A stretch of DNA of 32,000 nucleotides. Source: Idiomarina loihiensis L2TR. GTDB taxonomy: Bacteria; Pseudomonadota; Gammaproteobacteria; Enterobacterales; Alteromonadaceae. The stretch covers positions 1,560,001-1,592,000 of the forward strand of contig NC_006512.1 of NCBI RefSeq assembly GCF_000008465.1, written 5' to 3'. Under the pieces are notes generated by a model that had not been told where the DNA came from, made no database searches, and worked only from the letters and a program-made list of their open reading frames with translations. Below, piece by piece: positions 8,194-17,642 of the stretch (the stretch's first letter is position 1; every line of letters starts with the position of its first letter). The position numbers and the translations under genes were made by a program.

Positions 8194-9320
8194 GTTCAGA
8201 GACATTAAAGTTTGCCCGTGAGCTCATTTCCCGCCCGTCCATTACGCCGGAAGACGAAGGTTGTCAGCAACTCATAGGTGAACGGCTTGCGGCTCAGGGT
8301 TTCAACCTTGAGTCTATGATATTTGAAGATACCACCAACTTATGGGCGCGACGCGGGCAAGGCCGTAAATTGTTTTGCTTTGCCGGCCATACCGACGTTG
8401 TGCCACCCGGTGACATCAACGATTGGCAGTTTCCGCCCTTTGAACCTACAACGCACGAAGGGTATTTATACGGTCGCGGAGCCGCTGATATGAAAGGCAG
8501 CCTGGCAGCGATGATAACCGCGACGGAGCGGTTTATTAAAGACTATCCGAATGTGGACGCCGACATTGGTTTTCTCATAACCAGTGACGAAGAAGGCCCC
8601 TTTATTAATGGCACCAAACGTGTCATTGAAACACTGCAGGAGCGTAACGAAAACATAGACTGGTGTATTGTCGGGGAGCCATCCAGTACTGATACCCTGG
8701 GGGACATCGTTAAAAACGGGCGCAGAGGCAGCTTAACCGGAGACTTGACCGTACTGGGTATACAGGGTCACGTTGCTTATCCACATTTAGCAAAAAACCC
8801 GGTACATGATCTTGCACCAGCCCTCAGCGAGCTAATTAACGAAGAATGGGACCAAGGCAACGCCAGTTTTCCGCCAACCACGTTTCAGGTATCTAATATT
8901 CAGGCAGGAACTGGTGCCGGCAATGTGATACCCGGGCGTATTGATACCCAGTTTAACTTCCGCTTCTCGACAGAACTCACAGCCGAGAAAATTAAGCAAC
9001 GAGTTGAAGCCATTCTCGATAAGCACTCGCTAAAATACCACCTGCAATGGAAGCTTAACGGACCGCCTTTTTTAACTGAATCAGGCGCATTAGTTGAAGC
9101 CGTTCAGGCGGCCATTGAACACGAATGTGGGTTTTCAACTACCCTCTCTACCGCGGGCGGCACATCCGACGGGCGCTTTATTGCACCAACCGGTGCTCAG
9201 GTCATTGAGCTGGGACCCGTAAATGCTACCATTCACAAAGTGAACGAATGCGTTAAAATCAGTGATTTGGATAAACTCAGTGATGTTTATTACCGCTGTC
9301 TGGAGAAGCTTTTATGTTAA
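8190..9320 (+). CDS. dapE: Succinyl-diaminopimelate desuccinylase
   Basis: The 376-aa M20 peptidase has the [16 protein letters not shown] and SDEEG motifs, with full-length similarity to E. coli DapE and conserved neighbours. Confidence 0.95.
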   Translation: MSSETLKFARELISRPSITPEDEGCQQLIGERLAAQGFNLESMIFEDTTNLWARRGQGRKLFCFAGHTDVVPPGDINDWQFPPFEPTTHEGYLYGRGAADMKGSLAAMITATERFIKDYPNVDADIGFLITSDEEGPFINGTKRVIETLQERNENIDWCIVGEPSSTDTLGDIVKNGRRGSLTGDLTVLGIQGHVAYPHLAKNPVHDLAPALSELINEEWDQGNASFPPTTFQVSNIQAGTGAGNVIPGRIDTQFNFRFSTELTAEKIKQRVEAILDKHSLKYHLQWKLNGPPFLTESGALVEAVQAAIEHECGFSTTLSTAGGTSDGRFIAPTGAQVIELGPVNATIHKVNECVKISDLDKLSDVYYRCLEKLLC

Positions 9321-10018
9321 GCAGCACAGAACTGACAGGTGCCTGCGAAACACACTTAACTGCAGTAGATGGGCATAAACTGCATCCTGATGCAGCAGAA
9401 GCTTATCTCGCCATGCAAAAAGCAGCAGCGGCTGAGGGTATTGAACTGGCCATAGCCAGTGGTTTCCGCTCACTGGACAGGCAACTGTCTATCTGGAATA
9501 GAAAATGGCGAGGAAAGCTGCCCCTTCGCTCCAAAGAGGGTGAGCTACTGGATGCATCAAACTTAAGCGACGTTGAGAAAATGCACGCAATTTTACATTG
9601 GTCTTCGTTACCGGGAAGTAGCCGTCACCACTGGGGAAGTGATTTCGATATTTACGACCCCCGCCCTTTTCAGGACAGTGAACTAAAACTGCAATTAGTG
9701 CCCGGCGAGTATATTGACCAATCAGGCCCCTGTCATGAACTGTGGCAATGGCTAACCCGGCATGCGCATGAAAGTGGTTTTTTCTTTCCTTATGCACGCT
9801 ATCAGGGCGGTGTTGCACAGGAGCCCTGGCACTTGAGCTTCCGCGCCGTTTCACAGCCATGCCATAAGCAATTGAACCTTGAGCTGCTAGCCGAAACCGT
9901 AGACTCATTAGCCATAGAGGGAAAACCCATTATTCTGGATAACCTGGCTCAAATAAAAAATCAGTACATTGATACAATAACGGAGGATGACGGATGGACG
10001 ACTATTTGGTGTGGCTAA
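9314..10018 (+). CDS. M15-family (VanY-like) D-Ala-D-Ala / LD-carboxypeptidase-type metallopeptidase (234 aa)
   Basis: [18 protein letters not shown] and EPWHLS fit the H-x6-D ... H zinc-ligand pattern of M15 peptidases. The start overlaps the dapE stop by 7 nt. Confidence 0.8.
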   Translation: MLSSTELTGACETHLTAVDGHKLHPDAAEAYLAMQKAAAAEGIELAIASGFRSLDRQLSIWNRKWRGKLPLRSKEGELLDASNLSDVEKMHAILHWSSLPGSSRHHWGSDFDIYDPRPFQDSELKLQLVPGEYIDQSGPCHELWQWLTRHAHESGFFFPYARYQGGVAQEPWHLSFRAVSQPCHKQLNLELLAETVDSLAIEGKPIILDNLAQIKNQYIDTITEDDGWTTIWCG

Positions 10019-10158
10019 TAATATTATTGGTAGTAGGCGTGGTTGTGAGTAACCTTATGGTGCTGAAGTATACCGCTAAGTTTAAATGGCCTGGTACGAA
10101 ATCATCTAAAACCGAAGATGACTCCGACCAGGACCCTAAAAACAAAAATAAAGATTAA
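9994..10158 (+). CDS. ypfN: Small single-TM protein, YpfN-like (UPF0370), 54 aa; not in the ORF track (below its size cut-off)
   Basis: Hand translation gives [55 protein letters not shown] strong GGAGG SD at 9982-9986 lies 7 nt before the ATG. It has the same architecture as E. coli YpfN (MDWL..YWWILVIV... followed by a K/D-rich tail) and the same position after dapE. Confidence 0.6.
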   Translation: MDDYLVWLIILLVVGVVVSNLMVLKYTAKFKWPGTKSSKTEDDSDQDPKNKNKD

Positions 10159-10868
10159 TCCAGCGTTACGCCAAGGCGCTTAGCCACTTCGCGGTAAGCT
10201 TCAACAACACCGCCTAAGCCCTGGCGAAAACGGTCTTTATCGAGCTTCTCACGAGTCTCTGCGTCCCAAAGGCGGCAGCCATCTGGAGTAAACTCGTCAC
10301 CCAGCATAATTTCGCCGTCAAACACACCAAACTCAAGCTTGTAATCTACTAACAACAGACCAGCATCAGCAAACAAAGCTTTTAAAACGTCGTTCACTTT
10401 AAAGGTGAGTTCTTTCATTTTCTCAATTTGCTCTGCTGTTGCCCATCCAAAGGCCTGAATATGATACTCGTTAACCATAGGGTCGTGCAGCGCATCGTTC
10501 TTTAAGAAAAACTCGAATGTCGGAGGGTTAAGCTCTTTACCTTCTTCAACGCCTAAACGGCGCACCAGAGAACCTGCTGCCACGTTACGGACAACACATT
10601 CTACCGGTATCATATCCAGCTTTTTAACCAAAGACTCGGTATCGCTCAAACGCTCATCTAACTGCGTCGGAATGCCCGCTTCTTCCAGCTTAGACATAAT
10701 AAAATGGTTAAACTTATTATTCACCATGCCTTTGTCATCAAGCTGCTCGACCTTCTCGCCGTCGAACGCCGAAGTGTCATTACGAAACTCCAGCACCAGG
10801 CGGTTAGGATCGTCGGTATGATAGACCGTCTTTGCTTTTCCCCGATACAGTTCACTGCGTTTTTCCAT
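10155..10868 (-). CDS. purC: Phosphoribosylaminoimidazole-succinocarboxamide synthase (SAICAR synthase)
   Basis: [20 protein letters not shown]...[11 protein letters not shown]...DKDRFRQ is near-colinear with E. coli PurC (237 aa). ATG 10866-10868 is preferred over the GTG at 10880 because of homologue length. Confidence 0.95.
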   Translation of the reverse strand: MEKRSELYRGKAKTVYHTDDPNRLVLEFRNDTSAFDGEKVEQLDDKGMVNNKFNHFIMSKLEEAGIPTQLDERLSDTESLVKKLDMIPVECVVRNVAAGSLVRRLGVEEGKELNPPTFEFFLKNDALHDPMVNEYHIQAFGWATAEQIEKMKELTFKVNDVLKALFADAGLLLVDYKLEFGVFDGEIMLGDEFTPDGCRLWDAETREKLDKDRFRQGLGGVVEAYREVAKRLGVTLD

Positions 10869-10891
10869 GAATCTTTCCACTCGCGCTTAAG

Positions 10892-11980
10892 TTAAAGTTG
10901 GCTTTGCTGTTTAACAGCGTTTTTAAAGGCTTCAAATACTTGATTAATCCATTCGTCGGAAACAATTTCCTCACCCTGGTAAACCGTAACCGAGGTATTT
11001 TCACCGTCTTCCAGTAATCGGAATTCGTACTCACCTTCGGCTATGCCCAGGTCTTCGTAGTCATCGCCACCAATGAACAGGAAGCCGCTGCCGGGTTCGC
11101 TGTACTCAACAAAATAGGTTCCTGTCTCGCGGTTTAAATCTTCAACCTCAAAACCAATATTCTGAAGAGCCAAGTTAACTAATGGCCATGCTTGCTCAAA
11201 ATTGTCTTCAACAATGAAAACTGAATGTCCTTCTGCGGCTTTTGACAAGCTAGTTTCAATACCGGCCGCTTTTTCACGAGCTACAGCCAGTTGTTGTTTC
11301 CGGTTAACTTCCGAAATAATCGCATTAAGTAAATCAGCTTCCAAATTACGAACAACCAAAGGAGCAACCTCTTGCTCTTCACCACCAATCACCTGAGTAA
11401 AGTCGTTAACATCGACTCGTAGTGCGGTGCTGCGCTGATGCGATTCGGTTTCCTGAGTTAGTTCATAGCGGAAAGTTCTTTCCAGATCACTGTCGCTCTC
11501 TCCGCCAAATCCGAAAAAGCCGCTGTCGCCCTCAATGGTTTGCTGTACCGTCATTTGCTCGGTAAGCCAACGGTTATCACCCACCTTTTCCCATTGAATG
11601 TCGCGTCTTTCCAGTACATCAAATGCCGCCTGACGAACAAACTCGGTTACTGAGTCTCCCATGCCATCGACAATATCAAAGTACACCCGGGTTTCGGTTT
11701 CAGTTTCTAACACCCGGCTGCCCAGTCCAATAGGACGAACCTGCTGCGGAGCCATTATATTGACTTTATAACCAACAGGAGCTGGTGCTATGTTCGTATC
11801 CGGAATTTGATACTGAGTTCCTTTTTCCGGCTTCTCCAGACCACCTGGAATATTCAGTGAGGCAGTAGGTTGAATGTTCACGTATTCAAACCCGCCGCTG
11901 GCACGTTCTTTCTCTACCGACGAACAACCTGTTACAACTACGGCAGCTACGCCCATCCACGCAAGGCGAGACAATTTCAT
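10892..11980 (-). CDS. bamC: Outer-membrane protein assembly factor BamC (lipoprotein)
   Basis: It has a signal peptide with the lipobox VVTGC, is 362 aa, and occupies the conserved dapA-bamC-purC position. The start overlaps the dapA stop by 1 nt. Confidence 0.85.
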   Translation of the reverse strand: MKLSRLAWMGVAAVVVTGCSSVEKERASGGFEYVNIQPTASLNIPGGLEKPEKGTQYQIPDTNIAPAPVGYKVNIMAPQQVRPIGLGSRVLETETETRVYFDIVDGMGDSVTEFVRQAAFDVLERRDIQWEKVGDNRWLTEQMTVQQTIEGDSGFFGFGGESDSDLERTFRYELTQETESHQRSTALRVDVNDFTQVIGGEEQEVAPLVVRNLEADLLNAIISEVNRKQQLAVAREKAAGIETSLSKAAEGHSVFIVEDNFEQAWPLVNLALQNIGFEVEDLNRETGTYFVEYSEPGSGFLFIGGDDYEDLGIAEGEYEFRLLEDGENTSVTVYQGEEIVSDEWINQVFEAFKNAVKQQSQL

Positions 11981-12870
11981 TACGACTCCTGAATATTCAG
12001 TAGGTTTGCTTTCTGTAACACTGACTCAATCAATTGTTGATTACTCTCTTCCGGAGGTGTCAGTGGCAGACGATAATTTGCGCTGACCCAACCCATTAAA
12101 GCGAGCGACCATTTTACCGGAATGGGGTTGGATTCAACAAATAACATATTATGCAAAGGTGCCAGCTCAGCATCGATCTGATTCGCACTTTCTTTATCAC
12201 CAGCAAGTGCCGCCGTTACCAGTTCTTTCATTTTTGCCGGAACAATATTAGCGGTAACACTGATAACACCATGACCACCCGCAAACATAAATTCGCGTGC
12301 AGTAGGGTCATCACCGCTTAATAAGATAAAGTCATCGCCGCAGCGCTCTTTAAGTTCCTGAACCCGACTCACGTCACCGGTAGCTTCTTTTATACCAATA
12401 ACGTTATCAATTTTTGCCAGCTGTTCGACCATGTCCGGTGTCATATCAAGACTGGTGCGCCCCGGAACATTATATAGAATTTGGGGTTTATCCGTAGCAT
12501 CGGCACAGGCCTGATAATGTGCAATTAAGCCTGCTAAAGAAGGTTTATTGTAATATGGCGTAACATTTAAAAAGCCACTTACACCCGCCTGGGTCATTTT
12601 TTCTGTCAGTTGCACGGCTTCGCTGGTCGAGTTTGAACCGTTTCCAGCAATAATATCGATGCGCCCGGCACTGAGTTCGACCATGGCATTAACGACAGCG
12701 ATATGTTCTTCATGCGTTAAGGTTGTTGACTCCCCTGTCGTGCCAACCGCTACAATAGCGTCGGTACCCGCTTCGCAATGTTTGTTAACCAGAAACTCAA
12801 GTTCACTGTAATCAACATTGCCATATTTTGTAAAAGGGGTAACTAAAGCGACAATACTGCCCTTAAGCAT
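11980..12870 (-). CDS. dapA: 4-hydroxy-tetrahydrodipicolinate synthase
   Basis: MLKGSIVALVTPF...VGTTGES...TPYYNKPS...ILYNVPGRT...IGIKEA matches E. coli DapA. The start at 12868-12870 gives 296 aa. The track's longer N-terminus has no homologue support. Confidence 0.95.
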   Translation of the reverse strand: MLKGSIVALVTPFTKYGNVDYSELEFLVNKHCEAGTDAIVAVGTTGESTTLTHEEHIAVVNAMVELSAGRIDIIAGNGSNSTSEAVQLTEKMTQAGVSGFLNVTPYYNKPSLAGLIAHYQACADATDKPQILYNVPGRTSLDMTPDMVEQLAKIDNVIGIKEATGDVSRVQELKERCGDDFILLSGDDPTAREFMFAGGHGVISVTANIVPAKMKELVTAALAGDKESANQIDAELAPLHNMLFVESNPIPVKWSLALMGWVSANYRLPLTPPEESNQQLIESVLQKANLLNIQES

Positions 12871-12985
12871 ACATTCTCCAAGTCCTAAATTGGGGCTCCA
12901 ATGGTAATGCCAGCCCTGACGAAACACAAGTGATAGGAACGTAACTTGCCAAGAAGGTTCCGTAAACTTTTGCCGGTATGGCATT

Positions 12986-13013
12986 TTCCAAGACGGCATC
13001 TGTCCGCTATGAT
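12986..13013 (+). promoter_or_regulatory. Candidate sigma70 promoter for bcp (TTCCAA - 16 nt - TATGAT)
   Basis: The hexamers at 12986-12991 and 13008-13013 lie about 35 nt upstream of the bcp ATG. This is a pattern match only. Confidence 0.3.
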
Positions 13014-13047
13014 GTTGGCACTGTTAACTAAGTTCCAGGAGAATGCA

Positions 13048-13518
13048 ATGCAGACACTACAACAGGGCGATAAAGCGCCTGACTTTACTTTACCGGATGC
13101 GAACGAGAACTCAGTGACCTTATCGGAGTTATTAAAAGAGAACCGGGTACTGGTTTACTTTTATCCAAAAGCCATGACACCGGGCTGCACTGTGCAGGCA
13201 CAAAACTTACGCGACAGCCGTAAGCAGCTTGAGGAATTTAATGTTGTCTCTGTTGGTATAAGCCCTGATGCGCCTAAACGCTTAGCTAAGTTTACTGATA
13301 GAGATGAGTTAAACTTCACCTTGTTAAGCGACGAAGACCATAAAGTGGCTGAAGACTTTGGCGTATGGGGCCTGAAAAAGTTTATGGGTAAAGAATACGA
13401 TGGTATTCACCGTATTAGCTTTTTAGTAGAACAGGACGGAAGCATTTCAAAAGTCTTCAATAAATTTAAAACTAAAGAGCATCACGAAGTGGTGCTGGAG
13501 CACCTTAAGCAAGCTTAA
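13048..13518 (+). CDS. bcp: Thioredoxin-dependent thiol peroxidase (peroxiredoxin Bcp)
   Basis: GDKAPDFTLPD...VLVYFYPKAMTPGCTVQA...NFTLLSDEDH...YDGIHRISFL is almost colinear with E. coli Bcp (156 aa). A CAGGAG RBS lies upstream. Confidence 0.95.
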   Translation: MQTLQQGDKAPDFTLPDANENSVTLSELLKENRVLVYFYPKAMTPGCTVQAQNLRDSRKQLEEFNVVSVGISPDAPKRLAKFTDRDELNFTLLSDEDHKVAEDFGVWGLKKFMGKEYDGIHRISFLVEQDGSISKVFNKFKTKEHHEVVLEHLKQA

Positions 13519-13525
13519 GCTCTAT

Positions 13526-13559
13526 AGAGCAGACACCGCACTAAAGCGGTGTTTGCTCT
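13526..13559 (+). terminator. Intrinsic terminator hairpin for bcp, embedded in the 3' end of the convergent perM-like gene
   Basis: The 14-bp stem agagcagacaccgc / gcggtgtttgctct has one G-U pair and the loop actaaa. It is followed by tctgccTTTTcc and begins 8 nt after the bcp stop. Confidence 0.6.
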
Positions 13560-14620
13560 TCTGCCTTTTCCCCGGTGCCACTGTCCCATGCTGTTAGTAC
13601 CGCCTTGACCAGACTGGCCAGCGGAATAGCAAAAAACACGCCCCAGAACCCCCATATGCCGCCAAAAATTAATACCGCGCCAATAATGTAGACTGGGTTT
13701 AAGCTTATTGCCTCTGAGAACAATAGCGGTACCAGTAAGTTACCATCCAGAGCCTGAATAACCAGATAGGCTACGGTCACCCAAACAAATGCCGCCGTTG
13801 GCCCAAACTGAAATAAAGCCACTAATACCACCGGAATGGTTGCGACCGCAGCGCCTACGTAGGGAATTAAAACCGATAAACCGACCATAATGGACAGTAA
13901 TGCCGAGTAGCGCAGCCCAAATAAGCTAAAGGTAACAAAAGTGACTATCGCAACCACCACCACTTCAATTGCTTTGCCACGAATGTAGTTCATAATTTGC
14001 AGGTTCATCTCCTGCCCGACCTGCGAAATTAACTGACGGTTTGAAGGCAACAGACGGCTGAAATGAGCAATCAATATATCGCGGTCTTTTAGCATAAAAA
14101 AGATTAAAAGCGGCACGATAATGAGATAAACCAGCATGGCCATGACGTTCACAATAGAGGTCAGGGAAACCGTTAACAGGCTTTCTCCTAAACTCACTGC
14201 TCGTCTTTTTACTTCCTGAGTAAACTCAGTAATTTGGCTGTCATCGACAATAGTCGGGAACATTTCAGGTAGTTTATGCAGCCAAATTTGCAGGTTCGTA
14301 ACCATATCAGGCATTTCCTGAATCAAAGTCGTACTTTGTTGCCAAATAACGGGAACCAGAGTCAGCAAAGTAACAATCATTAATGCCAGGAATAACGAAA
14401 AGGTAATAATCGTGGCGGTTAAACGGGATAAACCAAGCCCCATCAATCGCATTACCGGCCAGTCTAGCAAATAGGCCAGAGATATAGCAATTAACAACGG
14501 CGCAATTAAGCTACCGAAAAACACAATGACTAATACCACAACAACCAGTAACAGAAATAAAGTTACTGCATTAGGGTCAGAAAATTTCCGTTGATACCAC
14601 TGTTGAATGTATTCCCACAT
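13541..14620 (-). CDS. perM: AI-2E family transporter (UPF0118; PerM/YfgO-like permease)
   Basis: It is about 359 aa with 7-8 TM segments, and it is divergent from bepA as in E. coli perM-bepA. ATG 14618-14620 is preferred over the GTG two codons upstream. Confidence 0.75.
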   Translation of the reverse strand: MWEYIQQWYQRKFSDPNAVTLFLLLVVVVLVIVFFGSLIAPLLIAISLAYLLDWPVMRLMGLGLSRLTATIITFSLFLALMIVTLLTLVPVIWQQSTTLIQEMPDMVTNLQIWLHKLPEMFPTIVDDSQITEFTQEVKRRAVSLGESLLTVSLTSIVNVMAMLVYLIIVPLLIFFMLKDRDILIAHFSRLLPSNRQLISQVGQEMNLQIMNYIRGKAIEVVVVAIVTFVTFSLFGLRYSALLSIMVGLSVLIPYVGAAVATIPVVLVALFQFGPTAAFVWVTVAYLVIQALDGNLLVPLLFSEAISLNPVYIIGAVLIFGGIWGFWGVFFAIPLASLVKAVLTAWDSGTGEKAEEQTPL

Positions 14621-14765
14621 AACCACTATCTCTTAACCTTTGTTGAGATGATAATATCAGTCCTTGCAATCTTTCCATAACCCCATAGAGTAAAAAGGAA
14701 CTAAAGATAAGAATTTTGCTCTTAAGAGAAGATTAAATCCGTTTCATTTGGCCTATGAGTAGTTG

Positions 14766-16217
14766 ATGTCCACCAAAATATTACACACTTTCACCGCTTG
14801 TTTATTGATCTTTGCAATCAGCTTTAGTGCTGTCAGCAACGCTATGCAGGATAACCAACGTTTACCAGAAATTGGAACTACCGGCGCGGCTTTCATGAGT
14901 ATCGAACGTGAACGTGTTGTAGGCGACTTTTACATGCGTCAGGTACGCTCACAAGCCCCTATTGTTCACGATCCGGTATTAGACAGCTATTTAAACAGCA
15001 TTGGCCAGCGGTTAGTCAGAAACACCAGCGGTGTGCGCTATCCTTTCAACTTTTTTTGGATTAACAATAAGGAAATAAACGCCTTCGCCTTCATGGGCGG
15101 CTACGTAGGTGTGCATACGGGCTTAATTGACGAAGCAAGAACCGAGTCAGAGCTCGCGGCGGTACTTGGACACGAGGTCGCGCACATTACTCAACGTCAC
15201 ATGGTTCGTCGAATGCAGGAACAACAGCGCAGTATGCCTATGACCATTGCTGGTATCATTGGCTCTATTTTAGTCGGCATGGCCAACCCTGAAGCCGGTG
15301 CTGCAGGCCTTTACGCCACAATGGGTATGGCCGGTCAGTCACAAATTAATTACACTAGGTTGTATGAAATGGAAGCCGACCGCATCGGTCTCTCTACGTT
15401 GTTAGCCGCAGGTTTTGATCCCCGTGGCGCACCCGACTTTTTTGGTCGGTTGGCAGAAAAATACCGCTATGTAAGCAAGCCCCCGGAAATGCTCATGACT
15501 CACCCATTGCCTGAGTCCCGCATAGCAGACACTCGTGCTCGCGCTGAAAATATGCAAAGAGTGGACGTCCCCCCCAGCCTCGACTTTGCCCTGGCTAAAA
15601 CCAGAGTTCAGGCTCGGTATATTGGCAACACCACGAATAGTGACTTTGAATCTATGCGCTCCAGTAGCAATTCAATTAACCAACAAGCAGGGCAATATGG
15701 TTTAGCCATACGCGCGTTAGACGGTGGCAACATTGATGTAGCTTATAAGCTTATGCAGCCACTACTAGAGCGCTATCCTAATGATCCATTCTATATTGAT
15801 GTCCAGACCGACATTCTACTGGCACAAAAAGATTACGAGACGGTTTTAAGCTGGCTACGAGGCAAGTACATTCAGCAGCCAACCGAGCCTGTTATTACTC
15901 TTAACTTTGCTAACGCGGCCCTTCAAGCAGAAGACACCGAGTTAGCTGAGAAGCTTCTGCGCGATTTTTTACTAAAACAACCGGACCACCCGCTGGCGCT
16001 TGATCTTCTCACTCAAGTGTACGAGCGTAGTGGCAAGCGAGCGGCTATGTACGAAACCCGAGCGGAATCACTGGCGTTAAGAGGAAACTTCCGGCTCGCC
16101 ATTGATCAGCTGCACACTGCACATAACCATACCGATAGCGATCTGACGCATAAACGTCTGAATGCACGTATTGAGCAAATGCGCAGCTTAGAGCAGCAAA
16201 TAAAATCGTTAATGTGA
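14766..16217 (+). CDS. bepA: Periplasmic M48 metalloprotease/chaperone BepA (YfgC) with C-terminal TPR domain
   Basis: It has a signal peptide, the HEVAH zinc motif (LGHEVAHITQRH), EMEADRIG, and a TPR-like C-terminal half. It is about 483 aa, against 487 aa for E. coli. Confidence 0.9.
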   Translation: MSTKILHTFTACLLIFAISFSAVSNAMQDNQRLPEIGTTGAAFMSIERERVVGDFYMRQVRSQAPIVHDPVLDSYLNSIGQRLVRNTSGVRYPFNFFWINNKEINAFAFMGGYVGVHTGLIDEARTESELAAVLGHEVAHITQRHMVRRMQEQQRSMPMTIAGIIGSILVGMANPEAGAAGLYATMGMAGQSQINYTRLYEMEADRIGLSTLLAAGFDPRGAPDFFGRLAEKYRYVSKPPEMLMTHPLPESRIADTRARAENMQRVDVPPSLDFALAKTRVQARYIGNTTNSDFESMRSSSNSINQQAGQYGLAIRALDGGNIDVAYKLMQPLLERYPNDPFYIDVQTDILLAQKDYETVLSWLRGKYIQQPTEPVITLNFANAALQAEDTELAEKLLRDFLLKQPDHPLALDLLTQVYERSGKRAAMYETRAESLALRGNFRLAIDQLHTAHNHTDSDLTHKRLNARIEQMRSLEQQIKSLM

Positions 16218-16658
16218 GTTAACCGCATTTTCCAGCGATTCTAAGTCCTGCTCTCCCATTAAAGGCCCTTTGACGCTGCCGTCCGGCTTTATTACGTAGG
16301 TAGCCGGTAACATCTGCGGGCGCTGAAACGGAAACTTTGGCGCAGGCTCCATCAACGCCAACTGAAACTCTATTCCATGACGCTGTTTCAGCTCAGCCAG
16401 TTCAGCGTTAGACATTGGATCGAAACTGACACCGACTAACTCAACATCTTTTGCTTTGTGCTGGTTAAATTCGTTTAACTCGGGTAACTCTCTTAAACAA
16501 GGAGCGCACCACTCAGCAAAGTAGTTTACCACCACCGTTTTTTCACCAAGGTCGCCCCAGCGAAACTCATTGTCGGCATCGGTAACCACATCCGGCTCTT
16601 GCGAACAAGCTGTTATCAGCACAGCAGCTGCCGCGCACACTAGCGTTCTCAGTTTCAT
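16209..16658 (-). CDS. TlpA-like thiol:disulfide oxidoreductase lipoprotein (thioredoxin fold)
   Basis: It has the lipobox LITAC after a signal peptide and the WCAPC active site. It is 149 aa. Its 3' end overlaps the bepA 3' end by 9 nt. Confidence 0.8.
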   Translation of the reverse strand: MKLRTLVCAAAAVLITACSQEPDVVTDADNEFRWGDLGEKTVVVNYFAEWCAPCLRELPELNEFNQHKAKDVELVGVSFDPMSNAELAELKQRHGIEFQLALMEPAPKFPFQRPQMLPATYVIKPDGSVKGPLMGEQDLESLENAVNSH

Positions 16659-16728
16659 TCCTTACCTCAATTACGTTACTATTAACTTATACTTACCTAA
16701 TAATCAGATACTACAAGGTACGATACTT

Positions 16729-17076
16729 ATGAGCCAAGTAACAATTTATCATAACCCGCGTTGCTCAAAATCAAGACAAACTCTTGAATTACTCAAGCAG
16801 AATGACGTTGAGCCGGAAGTTGTTGAATACCTTAAAACTCCGCCTAACGCTGCAGAATTAAAAGATATACTGGAAAAGTTAGGGCTTTCTGCCGATCAGC
16901 TAATGCGCAAAAAAGAAGACGCATATAAAGAACTTGGTCTGGCCGGTATCAATAACGAAGATGAATTGATTACCGCAATGGTCAATAACCCTAAGCTTAT
17001 TGAGCGCCCTATTGTTATTCGGGGTAATAAAGCGGCCATTGGCCGCCCTCCTGAAGCTGTACTGGATATTTTATAA
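16729..17076 (+). CDS. arsC: Glutaredoxin-type arsenate reductase family protein (ArsC/YfgD)
   Basis: MSQVTIYHNPRCSKSRQTLELL...IERPIV...GRPPEAVLDIL parallels the R773/E. coli ArsC N- and C-termini. It occupies the same position as E. coli yfgD between bepA and hda. Confidence 0.9.
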   Translation: MSQVTIYHNPRCSKSRQTLELLKQNDVEPEVVEYLKTPPNAAELKDILEKLGLSADQLMRKKEDAYKELGLAGINNEDELITAMVNNPKLIERPIVIRGNKAAIGRPPEAVLDIL

Positions 17077-17633
17077 TGACCCGCGTCGTTATTCTTTATT
17101 ACAGCCGTAACGGGGCTACTCAGCAGCTTGCTGACGCGATAGCCGAAGGCGTTACGGCGGCTGGAGGCGAAGCTGTTTTACGCAGCACCGGGCACGGCAG
17201 TGATGCCGTCAGTGACCGCGATCTGGAAGTTGAAAACGCTGACCTTGAAACCTGCGATGCTCTTATTCTGGGCAGTCCGACTCGATTTGGGCATATGGCC
17301 TCAAGCCTGCAAAAATTCTGGGAAGGCACCTCGCGCGAATGGTTGCAGGCTACGTTAACTGACAAACCCGGTGCGGTGTTCACTTCCTCCAGTTCTCTTC
17401 ATGGGGGACAAGAATCGACCCTGCTGACTCTGGCTTTACCGCTGCTGCATCATGGTATGATGCTGGTTGGCATTCCTTATTCTGAACCGGCTCTGCATCA
17501 GACTCAGTCCGGCGGTTCACCTTATGGTGCCAGCCACCATGAGCACAGCAATAAGTTAACTGACCATGAAAAGCAATGCGCTATCGCTTTGGGTAAACGA
17601 GTCACGCAAACCGCTTCTAAGCTCTCATCATAG
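17076..17633 (+). CDS. wrbA: WrbA-type NAD(P)H:quinone oxidoreductase (flavodoxin-like fold)
   Basis: VVILYYSRNGAT, GSPTRFGHMAS, SSSSLHGGQEST and GGSPYGAS follow E. coli WrbA. The start overlaps the arsC stop by 1 nt (TAATG). Confidence 0.8.
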   Translation: MTRVVILYYSRNGATQQLADAIAEGVTAAGGEAVLRSTGHGSDAVSDRDLEVENADLETCDALILGSPTRFGHMASSLQKFWEGTSREWLQATLTDKPGAVFTSSSSLHGGQESTLLTLALPLLHHGMMLVGIPYSEPALHQTQSGGSPYGASHHEHSNKLTDHEKQCAIALGKRVTQTASKLSS

Positions 17634-17642
17634 GAATTATCA

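Noticed and set aside
10869-10960. A PurR operator upstream of purC
   Set aside because: No good match to the ACGCAAACGTTTGCGT-type palindrome was found in the 23-nt gap or in the adjacent bamC 3' end. Only an isolated half-site-like string occurs elsewhere (27170s, inside glnS).
14719-14728. The 10-bp palindrome ctcttaagag in the perM/bepA spacer, and the direct repeat cttacct (16670 and 16692) before arsC
   Set aside because: These are short, single occurrences with no recognisable consensus, and they are compatible with chance in AT-rich promoter DNA.
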